Source: Verrucomicrobiales bacterium
GTDB taxonomy: Bacteria > Verrucomicrobiota > Verrucomicrobiia > Limisphaerales > UBA9464
DNA length: 57,578 nucleotides
NCBI GenBank assembly: GCA_005793375.1
Contig: SXSK01000045.1
Span: 1 to 57,578, forward strand
Direction: 5' to 3'
Each line of letters opens with the position of its first letter. The first letter of the stretch is position 1. The notes below the pieces were generated by a model. That model ran no database searches. It had not been told where the DNA came from and was given only the letters and a program-made list of their open reading frames with translations. Shown piece by piece: positions 17,823-29,800 of this stretch. The position numbers were made by a program, and so were the translations under genes.

Positions 17823-19613
17823 TTGTTCACAGTGTCGTCGGAGCCAAAAAAATACCTTTCGCCCGCCCGAATCTGGGCCCGCCGCGCCGTCTGGCTAGTT
17901 TTTCTATTGGTGTTGGGATTGCGCTTCGTTTTTCCGCCATCCTCCCCGCCGCCACCACGCCCGTGGGATGGTCCGATCGCAGGGCCAACTCCAGGCTTCC
18001 AAAGGGAAGGCGATCGGCGGGGTGGACAGGGGTGGCGTCGCACTCGGCGATCCGATCCCGTTCCTTCGTTGTCAGCTCAATTGCCAACCAATCTCTGGCG
18101 GATACGGATCGAGTTCGCCCCTGCTGATGCCAACCTCTTGAGAGGCTACGTTTGGAATGGTTGGAACCGCGGCAATCCACAAGTAGTGGAACGCCCCGAG
18201 GTAAAGGCCACTATGCGTGAGGGTCACATGGTCTACACAAATGTGTCGGTTCATCTCAAAGGTTCCGCGGGAAGCTTCCGACATTTCGATGACCGACCAG
18301 CACTCACCTTGAACTTCTCCAAGTTTGCCGCCGGTCAGAAATTTCATGGTTGGAGCAAGCTGTCCTTGAACAATTCAGTTCAAGATTCCTCGTTCCTCGG
18401 CGAAACTCTATCGCGCGAGTTGTTTGTGCTTGCGGGTGTGCCCGCCCCCAAAGCCACGCACGCCACCGTGGTTGTCGATGGGCGCGATCTGGGCCTCTAT
18501 GTTGTAACCGAAGGCTGGGGCAAACCCTTCCTGAGACAACATTTCAAGGACGTCCAAGGAAATCTGTACGATGGTGGTTTCGTTCAAGATGTCGACGGAT
18601 TGCTGACCGTGGTGTCCGGCGAGAAGCCGGATGATCATTCCGATATCCACCGGTTAAACGCCGCCGCGGATGAGCCGGATCGAAATGCGCGTTGGAAACG
18701 GTTGGAGACAGAGCTGGACACGGAACGGTTCATCACGCACCTCGCACTCGATGGTTTGATCTGCAATTGGGACGGCTATGGGATCAACCGAAACAACTAC
18801 CGGGTGTTTCAGGACCGCACCCTCGGCAAAATGGTCTTCATGCCCCATGGTTTGGATCAATTGTTTGGTGGCGGCAACCGGATGAATCCCCAAAGCAGCA
18901 TCCAGACGCCCATGCGAGGCAAGGTGGCTCGGGCGGTCATGTCCACATCGGAAGGCCGCAAACGGTTTCGAGAACGACTCGGAACCCTGCTAACCAACGT
19001 GCTCGTTGAAGCCCACCTCACCAACCGAGTTTACGAGCTGGCAGCGACCATTCGTCCGACACTTGCCGCCTACAGTCCGGACTTGGCTCGTGGCCATGAC
19101 TACGAGGTGGAAGACTTGGTTCGCCGCATTCGAGACCGCATTCAGAGTGTCTCTGAACAGTTGAATTCACCAACACCACAACCAACGGCGTTCGACGTCT
19201 CAGGGGCGGCTAGTCTCACCCGCTGGGAGCCTCGACGCAGTCGGCAGGACGGGGTGCCCGTGACATTCGAACGATTGGAACCCGAAGGCGGACCAAAACT
19301 GTTGGTGATACGCGCCGAGGGCGGCGCCGGTATCGGCTCCTGGCGCACCCGCGTCACATTGGCTGCAGGTCATTACCGTCTTATCGGCCGCGTTCGATCT
19401 TCGTCACCAGATCCTCGCAATGGCGTCCAACTGCGCCTCTCGGGTTACCGACCGAGCTACGAGCCGTTGCGGGGTCTGGACTGGCAAGCCCTGGAGTTCC
19501 GATTTGAGTTGGAGGAGGAATTGACCGAAAGCGAACTGGTGGCCGAATTCCTGGGCGCCTCAGGTGAAGCCCAATTCGATCAGTCATCACTCCGGCTGGA
19601 GCGGGTCCACTGA
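17823..19613 (+). CDS. CotH-family kinase-like protein with a C-terminal beta-rich (CBM-like) domain
   Basis: N-terminal TM; VHLKGSAGSFR, KLSLNNSVQDSSFLGE, GLYVVTE, NWDGY...NNYR...MPHGLDQLF. Start may be GTG 17832. Confidence 0.85.
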   Translation: MFTVSSEPKKYLSPARIWARRAVWLVFLLVLGLRFVFPPSSPPPPRPWDGPIAGPTPGFQREGDRRGGQGWRRTRRSDPVPSLSAQLPTNLWRIRIEFAPADANLLRGYVWNGWNRGNPQVVERPEVKATMREGHMVYTNVSVHLKGSAGSFRHFDDRPALTLNFSKFAAGQKFHGWSKLSLNNSVQDSSFLGETLSRELFVLAGVPAPKATHATVVVDGRDLGLYVVTEGWGKPFLRQHFKDVQGNLYDGGFVQDVDGLLTVVSGEKPDDHSDIHRLNAAADEPDRNARWKRLETELDTERFITHLALDGLICNWDGYGINRNNYRVFQDRTLGKMVFMPHGLDQLFGGGNRMNPQSSIQTPMRGKVARAVMSTSEGRKRFRERLGTLLTNVLVEAHLTNRVYELAATIRPTLAAYSPDLARGHDYEVEDLVRRIRDRIQSVSEQLNSPTPQPTAFDVSGAASLTRWEPRRSRQDGVPVTFERLEPEGGPKLLVIRAEGGAGIGSWRTRVTLAAGHYRLIGRVRSSSPDPRNGVQLRLSGYRPSYEPLRGLDWQALEFRFELEEELTESELVAEFLGASGEAQFDQSSLRLERVH

Positions 19614-19717
19614 GCTGCGGACCGCTAGTTCTGTACCCGGCCGCCCCGGCCTGAACGCCGGGATTTCTGTCGCCAGCCGAGGGGGCTTGTTGCAGCGTCT
19701 GAAGAATTTCCCTGTGT

Positions 19718-21193
19718 GTGAATAAAAACTCTTCAACAACTGTGAGCTTGGCGCGGCGCATTGGTTTGTTTGATGCCACCATGTTGGTCATAGGCGGCAT
19801 TGTGGGCGCCGGAATTTTCCGCAATCCACATGTTGTCGCCAAGGAAGTACATGCGCCCTTTCTCATCCTAGGCGCCTGGATTTTCGGGGGATTAATCGCC
19901 ATGGCCGGGGCGTTCATTTACGCCGAGCTGACCGCCTCCCGCCCTGCGGTCGGGGGTCAATACGCCTATTTTAAGGAGGCCTACCACCCGGCGCTCGCTT
20001 TCGTTTATGGCTGGGCGTTGCTGCTCGTGGTCCAAACCGGAGGCATGGCTGCCGTGAGCATCACATTCGCCGATTATTCGGTGCAAATGGCCCGAACATT
20101 AGGCGCTGTCGGGCTCGTGGACTCGATGGATTCGATCGGGAGATTGCTGCCAGGAACGGATCCCGCGCAACCCGGCTCGGGTGCTGGAAAGCTTATTGCG
20201 ATCCTTGCGCTCGCTCTCCTGACGTTGATCAATTGTCTGGGCGTACGTTTGGGCACCGCCGTGCAAACCATCCTCACGGTCCTCAAGATGTTGGCGATCG
20301 CCGGGCTGGTTGGATGCGGTTTCTTGTTGTTGAAACCCGCTTCGGGCGCCGTGACCACGGCGGCGGCGGATGCCACCGGCTTTGATGCGATCAGGCAATT
20401 CGGGGCGGCCATGGTGCCAGTCCTGTTTGCCTATGGTGGCTGGCAGACTGCGGCGTTCATCGGAGGTGAAGTTAAAAATCCCAAGCGCAACCTGCCCTTG
20501 GGACTAATCTTCGGTGTCTTGGGTGTCATCGCACTGTATTTGTCAGTCAATTGGGTATGCCTACGTGCGCTCGGTACTGCCGGATTGGCCCAGACACCGA
20601 CCCCGGCAGCCGACGTTGCCAAGCTGGCCCTCAGCGAGCGGGGATCCTTCCTGATCTCTGCAGGAATTATCGTGAGCACCCTGGGATTCCTGAGTCAGGG
20701 AATGCTCACCGCTCCTCGCGTCTATTACGCCATGGCTGAGGATGGACTGTTTTTTCGCGTGTTGGCTCGGATTCATCCTGAGACCCAAGTGCCGGTGGCA
20801 GCAGTGGCGTTACAGGGGTTGACGGCTGTGATCATTGCATTGAGCGGACGTTATGAACAAATCTTGAACTATGTCATCTCCGTCGACTTTATCTTTTACG
20901 GACTCACCGCGACTTGCGTGTTCGTGTTTCGACGGAGAGAACGCCTAAACCCCAACGAAGACCCAATGGCCGTGAACCGTGGTTCCGAATCAACCGGAAG
21001 AGCTGGCACCGGTGGGCGCCGGTTTCGTATCCCCGGACACCCGTTCACCACGATCTTCTTCATCGCCAGTTGCTGGCTGGTGGTACTGAATTTGGTTTTC
21101 AAGTATCCCAAGGATAGTTTCTTTGGTTTGGTCATTATGCTGGCAGGAATTCCGGCTTACCTGTACTGGCGACGGCGGCAATTTGCTTCATGA
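19718..21193 (+). CDS. APC-superfamily amino acid permease
   Basis: LARRIGLFDATMLVIGGIVGAGIF, GGQYAYFKEAY, LFAYGGWQ, PRVYYAMAEDGLF; about 12 TM. Confidence 0.93.
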   Translation: MNKNSSTTVSLARRIGLFDATMLVIGGIVGAGIFRNPHVVAKEVHAPFLILGAWIFGGLIAMAGAFIYAELTASRPAVGGQYAYFKEAYHPALAFVYGWALLLVVQTGGMAAVSITFADYSVQMARTLGAVGLVDSMDSIGRLLPGTDPAQPGSGAGKLIAILALALLTLINCLGVRLGTAVQTILTVLKMLAIAGLVGCGFLLLKPASGAVTTAAADATGFDAIRQFGAAMVPVLFAYGGWQTAAFIGGEVKNPKRNLPLGLIFGVLGVIALYLSVNWVCLRALGTAGLAQTPTPAADVAKLALSERGSFLISAGIIVSTLGFLSQGMLTAPRVYYAMAEDGLFFRVLARIHPETQVPVAAVALQGLTAVIIALSGRYEQILNYVISVDFIFYGLTATCVFVFRRRERLNPNEDPMAVNRGSESTGRAGTGGRRFRIPGHPFTTIFFIASCWLVVLNLVFKYPKDSFFGLVIMLAGIPAYLYWRRRQFAS

Positions 21194-22299
21194 ACTCTAT
21201 GCCTCGCATCCAGTCGTCGGAATACATGCATTGGGCTAAAACCTTACAGGCGGCCCGATTTAATCTCGCCAACAGCGGCGTATTCGCCATGCCCTTGCGC
21301 GAATTACCTGTAAAGTTGGAAGACCTCGAACTCAGCGGCCAGAGCTTTTATGGTTGGGGACCTCTCCAGGGCGCACTCTCCAAACACCTGGGCGTCCCGT
21401 CCGAGTGCCTCGTTCACGCCGTCGGAACGTCCCTAGCCAATCACCTGGCCATGGCCGTCACTCTCCAACCCGGCGACGACGTGTTGATTGAGCATCCTAC
21501 TTATGAACTGCTCATCTCCGCTGCCAGTTACCTCGGCGCCAACATCCGTCGAATCCATCGCCGCTTCGATCAACGCTTCGGGATCGATCCGGCTGAACTT
21601 GAACGTTCACTCACGCCGCGCACCCGGCTGATCGTTCTCACAAATCTCCACAATCCGAGCAGCGCCCGCCTTGATGAACCCACGATACGACGGATCGCTG
21701 AACTCGGCCAATCCGTCGGGGCTCAAGTATTGATCGATGAAGTGTATCTCGATGCGGCGGCTCTGGCCGCTGCGTCGAATGATCGCCCTGCACTGACCAC
21801 GGCATTTGGTTTGGCTGACAATATCCTGGTGACCAGTAGTCTCACCAAAGTTTACGGGCTCAGTGGCATCCGGTGCGGTTGGGTCCTGGCGAAGCCGGAA
21901 CTCGCACAGCGCATGTGGCGACTCAATGATCTGTTTGGCGTCATCCCAGCCCACGCCGCCGAACGTCTCAGCGTCGTCGTCCTGGATAATTTCGAACGTG
22001 TCACCGCACGCGCCCGAACGCTGCTGAATACCAACCGGAAACTTTTAAACGACTTTCTGGCATCGCGTGAGGATTTAGAAAGCTGGCCGCTCGAAGCCGG
22101 TACCGTCGTATTCCCCAGATTGCGTGACGGTCGTGTGCAAGCTCTGTGCGATGTATTGCGCCAACGTTACGAGGCGACTGTTGTGCCCGGCCATTTCTTT
22201 GAAATGCCTGAGCACATTCGCATCGGCATCGGAGCGCCAACTGAAGTCACTGCAGAAGGCTTGCACCGGCTCGGGCAAGCGTTGGATGAAATCCATTAG
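21190..22299 (+). CDS. PLP-dependent aminotransferase class I/II
   Basis: TNLHNPS, IDEVY, SSLTKVYGLSGIRCGW (PLP lysine), HIRIG; ATGA overlap with the permease stop. Confidence 0.92.
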   Translation: MNSMPRIQSSEYMHWAKTLQAARFNLANSGVFAMPLRELPVKLEDLELSGQSFYGWGPLQGALSKHLGVPSECLVHAVGTSLANHLAMAVTLQPGDDVLIEHPTYELLISAASYLGANIRRIHRRFDQRFGIDPAELERSLTPRTRLIVLTNLHNPSSARLDEPTIRRIAELGQSVGAQVLIDEVYLDAAALAAASNDRPALTTAFGLADNILVTSSLTKVYGLSGIRCGWVLAKPELAQRMWRLNDLFGVIPAHAAERLSVVVLDNFERVTARARTLLNTNRKLLNDFLASREDLESWPLEAGTVVFPRLRDGRVQALCDVLRQRYEATVVPGHFFEMPEHIRIGIGAPTEVTAEGLHRLGQALDEIH

Positions 22300-22308
22300 T
22301 TTTTGAAA

Positions 22309-22677
22309 TCAACTCCCAGGCTTCACCACGTTGGCAAACGTTGCGAATCCTGCCGCCTGTTGCCTCAAGCGCTCTACCAACTCGGGGTTCGTCAGTTGGC
22401 CCTCCGCGTCCAGCAGTTGACCGATGCCAGGCAGAAATACTCGATTTGGGTAGAGGAACGCGTTCCAATAACCAAAAATTGCCTGTAACTGCTCCACGCT
22501 GCTCACAGCACCCCACCTGCCAACGGCCAGTCCCACAAAACACACGGAACGGCTCTCAAAATTCTCCGGAAACTTGAGTTGGTCAGTAAACAGTTTTAGG
22601 ACACCGGGCATGGACCAGGTGTATTCAGGGGTCACCACCACGCCGTCAACGGTGCCAGTGATCAGATCAATCAACAC
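22309..22677 (-). pseudogene. NADPH-dependent FMN reductase with an internal in-frame deletion
   Basis: Only 122 aa. N-terminal strand IDLITGT is joined directly to VDGVVVTPEY, and the usual PEYNGS motif reads PEYTWS. The C-terminal half (PGVLK.F.D.LKFPE.F, VEQLQ.IFGY, RVFLPG) is family-typical. Confidence 0.65.
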
Positions 22678-23575
22678 GCCATCTAATGACTGGGGAAACC
22701 TTGTTCAAAATGGAAACGCCATCCCGTCCCAATACCAGTAGCGCGGTAGAAAGGGCATCCGACTCTGTAGCCGTCGGGGTGACAACCATGGCCATTGTCG
22801 CGTGCGAAACCGGCTGAGCGGTCCGTGGATCCAAAACGTGACCCCGGACAAGGCCCTTGTCGGTAAACGATTTGCCCCAGGCCGCAGACACACTCAGGGA
22901 CTCGTCCCTCAGGCATTCGGTGTGAACACCCCCACGCTCCTTGTCAGCAGAGTTAGGCGGCAGCGCGATGGTCCACCCTTCTGCGTCTGGAGGATGCCCA
23001 ATCGCACAGACCGTACTGGTACCACCATGGATCAGAGCACTTTCAATTCCAGCGTCGCGTAAACAATTCACGGCGTGATCGAGCGCATACCCCTTACCAA
23101 TTGCTCCGGGATCCAACATGACTCCAGGCTGATCAAAACGCACCGCGCCTTGAGCATTGTCGAGATGCACATGCTGCCAACCCACACAGCGGCGAGCCGC
23201 TTCTAATAGAACAGGATCGGCAAGCGCGCCCGAGCCACCAATAAAACCCCATGCACGGAGCAATGGCGCTGCGGTGATGTCAAAAGCACCCTCCGTGATG
23301 GCGGTCAAATCTCGCGCTTGTTGCAAAAAGCGAAAAACACGGGGATCAACTCGCACATACTCGTGGGCAGCGAGAGCATTAATCCTGGCTAACTCACTGT
23401 TGGGGCGGTAAATGTTCAGCAACGATTCCCAAAGATCCACTTCATCAAGTGCCTCCTCGGCAGCGGCGCGCAAAAAAGCCAGATTGGAACCATGCATGGC
23501 AATCTCAAAACGAGTCGCCATGGCGAGTCTTGCCACGGTCAAGGTTGGTTGAAGTACTGGCACCGACTCAGCCAC
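22667..23575 (-). CDS. apbE: FAD:protein FMN transferase (ApbE/Ftp), no signal peptide
   Basis: AMATRFEI, SELARIN, GAFDITAAPL, LDPGAIGKGYALD, GHVLDPRT, SDALSTA. Start uncertain (GTG 23575 or 23563; ORF open to 23686). Confidence 0.9.
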   Translation of the reverse strand: MAESVPVLQPTLTVARLAMATRFEIAMHGSNLAFLRAAAEEALDEVDLWESLLNIYRPNSELARINALAAHEYVRVDPRVFRFLQQARDLTAITEGAFDITAAPLLRAWGFIGGSGALADPVLLEAARRCVGWQHVHLDNAQGAVRFDQPGVMLDPGAIGKGYALDHAVNCLRDAGIESALIHGGTSTVCAIGHPPDAEGWTIALPPNSADKERGGVHTECLRDESLSVSAAWGKSFTDKGLVRGHVLDPRTAQPVSHATMAMVVTPTATESDALSTALLVLGRDGVSILNKVSPVIRWRVD

Positions 23576-23646
23576 AACAACATACTGGTTGGCGACATGG
23601 AAGGCCCAAAATTGTATCAATCCGTCATTCACCAAAGCTTTTCGAA

Positions 23647-23673
23647 TGCAACATTTACATTTTCTTTGTTGCA
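23647..23673. promoter_or_regulatory. Inverted repeat TGCAACA-N13-TGTTGCA, candidate operator
   Basis: Perfect 7-bp inverted repeat with an AT-rich spacer in the divergent apbE / giant-protein intergenic region. Confidence 0.35.
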
Positions 23674-23846
23674 ATGAGTCGCACAAGCGAGCAAACGTTG
23701 ACCTTAGATTAACGGCGGGATTGTCCCGTCAAGTTGTGGACGCAATTGTGCTCCAAGATGTAACACCCCAGTAGCGCCAAAATCTTCTTGCCATTGGGGC
23801 TACATCCTCCGCCAAATGCCGTTAGCAAACTGAATAACTTAAAAAA

Positions 23847-26800
23847 ATGAACAGCACTCATGTGTATCTGCTGCGACGACTCTGCGTTTTCGTCGTTGCC
23901 GTTGCGGCTATGGTCCTTTCTTTTGGGAAGGCCTTCGCCCAATTCACACTGACGCAAACCGTCCCGATCACGATTAACGACAACTCCACGGCATCCCCGT
24001 ATCCATCCGCAATCGTGTCGTCGAATCTCTTAGGCATAATCACGAAGGTGACGGTGACGCTGACTGGGATGAACCACGGCTATCCAGACGACGTGGATGT
24101 GCTGCTGGTGGGGCCCAATGGCAAAAAAGTGATGCTAATGAGTGATACCGGTGGCGGTGTGGATTTGCGCGGAACGGACATCACCTTTGATGCCACCGCG
24201 ACTCCAAGCCTCTCCGACGAAGGCGCCATTGTCACAGGTACCTACAAACCTACGGACATCAATGAGGCACAAGAAATCTTCTCCACAGTGACGGCGCCCT
24301 ACGAAAATTCACTGGCTGATTTCGTCGGCGAGAATCCGAACAACACGTGGCAGCTGTACGTGAAGGATGATTCCTTCAGCGACGCCGGATTCATTACCTC
24401 ATGGAGCCTGAACCTCTTTACCACGCCACTCATTGGTTTGGTCACCAACATAGTTAGAACCGTTGAAGATGTGCCAGGGACACTGACACTCACCTTACAG
24501 GACAGTAGCACAGCTGCCGCCGTTCTGACAGTGACTGGAACCTCACCGAATCTGAGTTTTGTCAACACCAACGGGTTTAGCTCCACGGGAACTGGTTTGG
24601 AAAGGACGTTGACCATTACGCCGGTTGCCAATGCGTTCGGCACCAACACGCTCACAGTGACCGTGAGCGATGGGCTCGGAACCGCTAGCACGAACTTCAC
24701 GTTCATTGTGACGCCGGTTAACGATGGCCCTTCCATCTCGTTGAGCACGAATCGTGTCTTCACCACGGCGGGTAACGTCACAACCACGTCCAACATTGTT
24801 ACGGCAGTGATCAGCGACATCGACACCGATATCTCCGCCTTGGTGCTCTCTTCGGTGTCTGCCAATCCAAGCGTGGTCGCCGACGGTGCGGCAGTCTTCA
24901 CCGCCGGAACGGGCGGCACCAATACAGTAGTCATCGCACCAAACGCAGGCGCGACCGGTGCGGCCATCGTCTCATTACGCGTCTCTGACGGTGCCATCAC
25001 CAACTCAGCCGATGTCGAAGTCGTCGTTAACCCGGTCACTTATGCCGTTTTCGGTAATGGGGCTCCGATTCGCATCAATGATGCAACCAACGCCACTCCA
25101 TACCCGTCGATCTTCAGCGTTGCCAACATCCCGGGGAACATCGCCCGATTGTCCGTTGTTCTGGCCGATGTCAATCACTCGAACCCTGCAGATCTCAAGG
25201 CCCTGTTAGTCTCCCCCTCAGGCCGGTCTGTGGTGCTGATGGGTGGCGCCGGTGGGGCAAATGCACTCAGCCGCACACGCATCACTTTTGATGAGAATGC
25301 CGCAGCCACAATTCCAAACGGAGCTGCCATTACCACGGGTGCATATAAAACCGCCGACTACATCCCAGGCACGACACTCCCAGCTCCAGCGCCCTCCACA
25401 AACATTTCAACCACCGGACTAAGTGGTCTGAATGGTTCTGATCCCAATGGCACTTGGTCACTCTACGTGATCGACACAGCGAACGGAAGCACGGGAGCCA
25501 TCACTGGCGGTTTCCTTGTCAACATCTTCCCAGCGCCAACGATTAACGGCATAGAAACAAAATATTTCACCGATGAAGATACCGCGTTCACGGTAAATTT
25601 CACGGTGGCGGATTTCGATGGAACCGTTACGAACGTTACGGTGAGCTCTGGTGACGCCAGCCTGTTCACAGGGGTCGTGACACGAACTGGGAACAACGTC
25701 GCATTAGTTGTGACACCTGGTTCCAATCGCTTTGGCACCAACACACTGTCGGTCGTCGCGACGGACAACAACGGTTTCATTGAAACTAAGACCTTCACCG
25801 TTGGAGTCAGACCGGTAAACGACACACCCACGCTTTCCAACATCAGCAAACAAACGACTCGAGCTGGTATACCGCTCGGACCGATTGGGTTTACCGTCGG
25901 CGATGTTGAAAGCGACCCGGGAACACTTGTAGTGACATTCGGTTCTAGCAATCAGAAGCTGATACCTACCAGTAACATTGTATTAACGGGAGCTGGAGCC
26001 AACCGAAGCATGACGATCTACCCAGCTGGCGTACTTGCCGGTAATGCGGAGCTGACAGTATTCGTCTCAGACGGATCAGCTTCCAGCAGCAAAACCTTGG
26101 AAATCGCGGTGACCGATGCGCCAAATCCGCTGTTCGAAAATCCGGGCCTAATTACGTTCAATGAAAACACAACTGCCTCGCCATATCCAGCCAGCATCAA
26201 TGTGAGCGGGCTACTCGGATCTGTAGCGAGCATCAAAGTGACACTTATCGGGTTCAATCACACAGGGCCTGATGACGCAGACATCCTCCTCCAGGGACCA
26301 ACTGGTAAAAAAGTCAGTCTGATGAGCGATGCCGGTGGAGTTAATGGGGTAGTAAACGCTCAAATTGTCTTCGATGGTGCCTCGGGCAATCTCTTGCCGG
26401 ATGAAGCGCAAATCGTGTCTGGAACTTTCGCTCCTAGCAACTACGGAGGCGCTGAAGTGTTCCCGCAGACGACTACCAATGTCGTGGATTCGAGCCTCAC
26501 TACATTCGTCGGAACCAACCCAAATGGTGTATGGTCACTCTTTGTTCTAGACGACGAAACTGGTAACCGCGGTGCGCAAATCAGTGGTGGATGGCATCTG
26601 AGCATCCAAACACAGCCTGTGCTGTCCTCCATCCCGACACAGACGACTACTGAAGATACAGCATTGCGAGTCGGACTGCTGATTGGTGATTCTCAACCTG
26701 GCGTAAATTACACGATCACACCAACAGCTGGAACTCCGGCAACATTGGTTAAAGAATTCAGGCTTGAAGGAACTGGCGCCAGCAGAAGCTTGACGATTGT

Positions 26801-29800
26801 GCCAGGAGGCAATCTCTCGGGCACCAACCAAATCAATGTTTCGGTGAGCGACGGTGTGACGACGAGCCAGACCAGCTTTGAATTCCGCGTCACGCCAGTG
26901 GACGATCTCCCAGCGATCTCCGGCATCGCTGACCAACGCATAGCTGCAGGTCTTCCATCTGCTGAAATCCCCTTTGTTGTCGGGGATGCGGAAACTGCTG
27001 CAGCTTCCATCACAGTGGTGGCCGTCTCCGGCGACACTGGACTAATCCCAGCCTCCGGCATCACGCTCGGTGGCAGTGGTGCGAATCGAACCATCATGTT
27101 GACACCTAATGGTGTCAGAACAGGTGACACGGCCATTACGTTGACGGCAACCGACGGAACCGGGCAAAAATTCTCCCGAGTTTTCAGTGTGGTCGTAGCT
27201 AGGAATCTCTCCTATGCGAACAACACGCGCATCAACATCCGAGACCGAGCGACCGGTGATCCGTATCCGGCAGCCGTCACGGTTCCGGCCGACGTGGCCG
27301 GTTTGGTGAGTAGCGTCAGCGTCACACTCCTAGGCTTTAGCCACCCTTATCCCGATGACGTGGATGTGCTTCTGGTCTCCCCGGAAGGAAGAAAAGTTGT
27401 CCTGATGAGCGATGCTGGTGGTGGAGTCGCCGCTAGTAATCTGCGGATGACCTTCACTTCGACCGGAAATCTCCTGCCTGATGAGGCCGCGTTGAGCTCA
27501 ACGACATACCAACCTGCTGATTACGAGCCTGGCGAAACGTTGCCTGCGCCTGCACCGACAGGAGCCTATTCAACGAGTTTGGACGCCTTCCGTGGAGCGA
27601 ATCCAGTCGGTGAATGGAAACTATTCGTCAATGACGACACGTTCCCCGACGGTGGTTCGATCGAAGGTGGATGGTTCCTAATCCTGGATGTCGGACCGAC
27701 ACTCACCACAATCGGCGCTCAGTCCACTCGAGAAGATGTACCCTTAGTCCTGCCCATCACCATCAACGATTCCGATACTATTGCATCGAATGTTGTGATG
27801 ACTGCGACCAGCAGTGCCGATAGCCCTGCCAATCTGCTCTCAAGTCTGCGAATTGAAGGCCTGGGTGCTACACGTAACCTGATTGCCGCGCCATCAACCA
27901 ACATTTTTGGTACGAACCTCATCACGCTCACGCTCACTGATGGACGCGCCACAAACTCCGCCACGTTTGGGCTGACAGTCACCTCTGTGGATGATGCCCC
28001 GACAGTGACCACAGTGACCAACTTGGTGAACATTAATGAAGATGGTTCCACCACAGTCACCTTTAACTACGCCGACATCGATTCCGTGGTTGGAAACAGC
28101 AACGTGGTCGTCGTGACCTCCAACCAGGTTTTGCTACCAAACCACAAGAACAATATAGTTCTGGGTGGTGGAGCGGGCACAGCCACATTGGAACTGACAC
28201 CGTTGGCCAATCAGTTTGGTGACACCGTGGTGACATTCTCCATCACTGACCGCAATTCAACCACGTCTACGAATGTGACATTGCGAGTCTTGCCCATCAA
28301 TGATGCGCCGACCTTCTCGGTCATCACCAATCGGACTGTCATTGCTGGTAGTCCGTCGGAGATCATTCCGTTCACAGTGAACGATGTGGAAACAACTTCC
28401 ACCGACTTGAGCGTCAGGGCTACCTCCTCCAATCAAGCGCTGATTCCGGATTCAAACATAATACTTGATGGAACTCGGGTTGAACGCAGTGTGCAGGTCA
28501 CTCCGATCGGGGTGGTCGGCGGTACTGCGACAATCAACGTTATTATCAGCGATGGCGCTTTGTCAGTGACCAACAGCTTCGTGGTAAACGTAAATCCAGC
28601 TCCTGGATCTAACTTCATCAATACCACACCGATTGTTATTCGAGACAACAATACGGCTACCCCGTTCCCGTCCACCAACGTCGTGAGCGGCGTCGCCGGA
28701 GCTGTTCATCGTGTGTTCGTCACATTAGACGGGTTAAGCCATCCAGTTCCCGATGATATCGACATGCTTCTGGTTGGTCCTGCAGGTCAAAAAGTTATCC
28801 TGATGTCGGATGCAGGCGGAAGGAATCCAATAAACAACGTCAGGCTCCGATTCGACGATCTTGGACAGAGTCTTAGGGACGAAGGTCTGATCGCTTCTGG
28901 GACTAACCGTCCAACGGACTTCGAAGTTAGTGATGCATTCCCCTCAGGTGTTCCGGCCGGGCCATACTCCGACAGCTTGGCTGTATTTAAAGGCACGAAC
29001 CCCAATGGGAATTGGCTGCTCTACGTCATGGATGATTCTGCTCCGGTCGCCGGGAGGATCAACAATGGATGGTCAATAACCATTGAGAGCGCGCCCACGA
29101 TCGCACTCACTTCTTCGACATTGGTGACGTTCAACGAAGACACTACTGCGAACAGCACATTCACAATTGCGGATCCGGCTACAACCGATCTGAGCACGTT
29201 GCAACTCAGTTTCAGTGCGTCGAACCCGACACTAATGCCTGCAGGCAGCGTCACGTTCTCACGCAGTGCTGGTAATATTACTGCTCTACTAAGGCCCGCG
29301 GCCCATGAGTTTGGGACAAACAATCTCACACTGACTGTGACACGCGCCGACGGCGCTACGTCCAGCACGGTAGTGAACATGAATGTTCTGCCTGTAAATC
29401 AACCTCCGACCATTTCACGGTTGACGCAGAAAACGACTACGGAAGATCTGCCCTTGAGCTTCATCTTCATCGTAACGGATTTTGATACCGTGGTGACGAA
29501 CCTCATGTTGACTGCCACATCAGGCAATCCAACGTTGATCACGAGCACCAATCTGTTGCTGCTCGACAGCACCAACGTCTTGGCTCGGATGCCTTCCAAT
29601 GAAATCCGATTCACCTTGCGGCCCAATACAGATCAGATCGGTAATTCCCTGATCACAATTACAGTAACTGACAAGGTTGACGGGGGAATATCGCCCGTGA
29701 TTAGCACGTTCAACTTCGTTGTGAATGGAATCAATGATCCTCCGACGATCACTGGAGTTGCAAACATCGGAACGCAAGCGGGTGCTCCCAGCGCTGCTGC

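Noticed and set aside
19625-19640. TAGTTCT shared with the putative IS end at 57440
   Set aside because: Seven-base match only, with no further similarity.
19718-22299. APC permease + aminotransferase as a novel pathway
   Set aside because: A common amino-acid uptake/catabolism pairing; nothing unusual is visible in the motifs.
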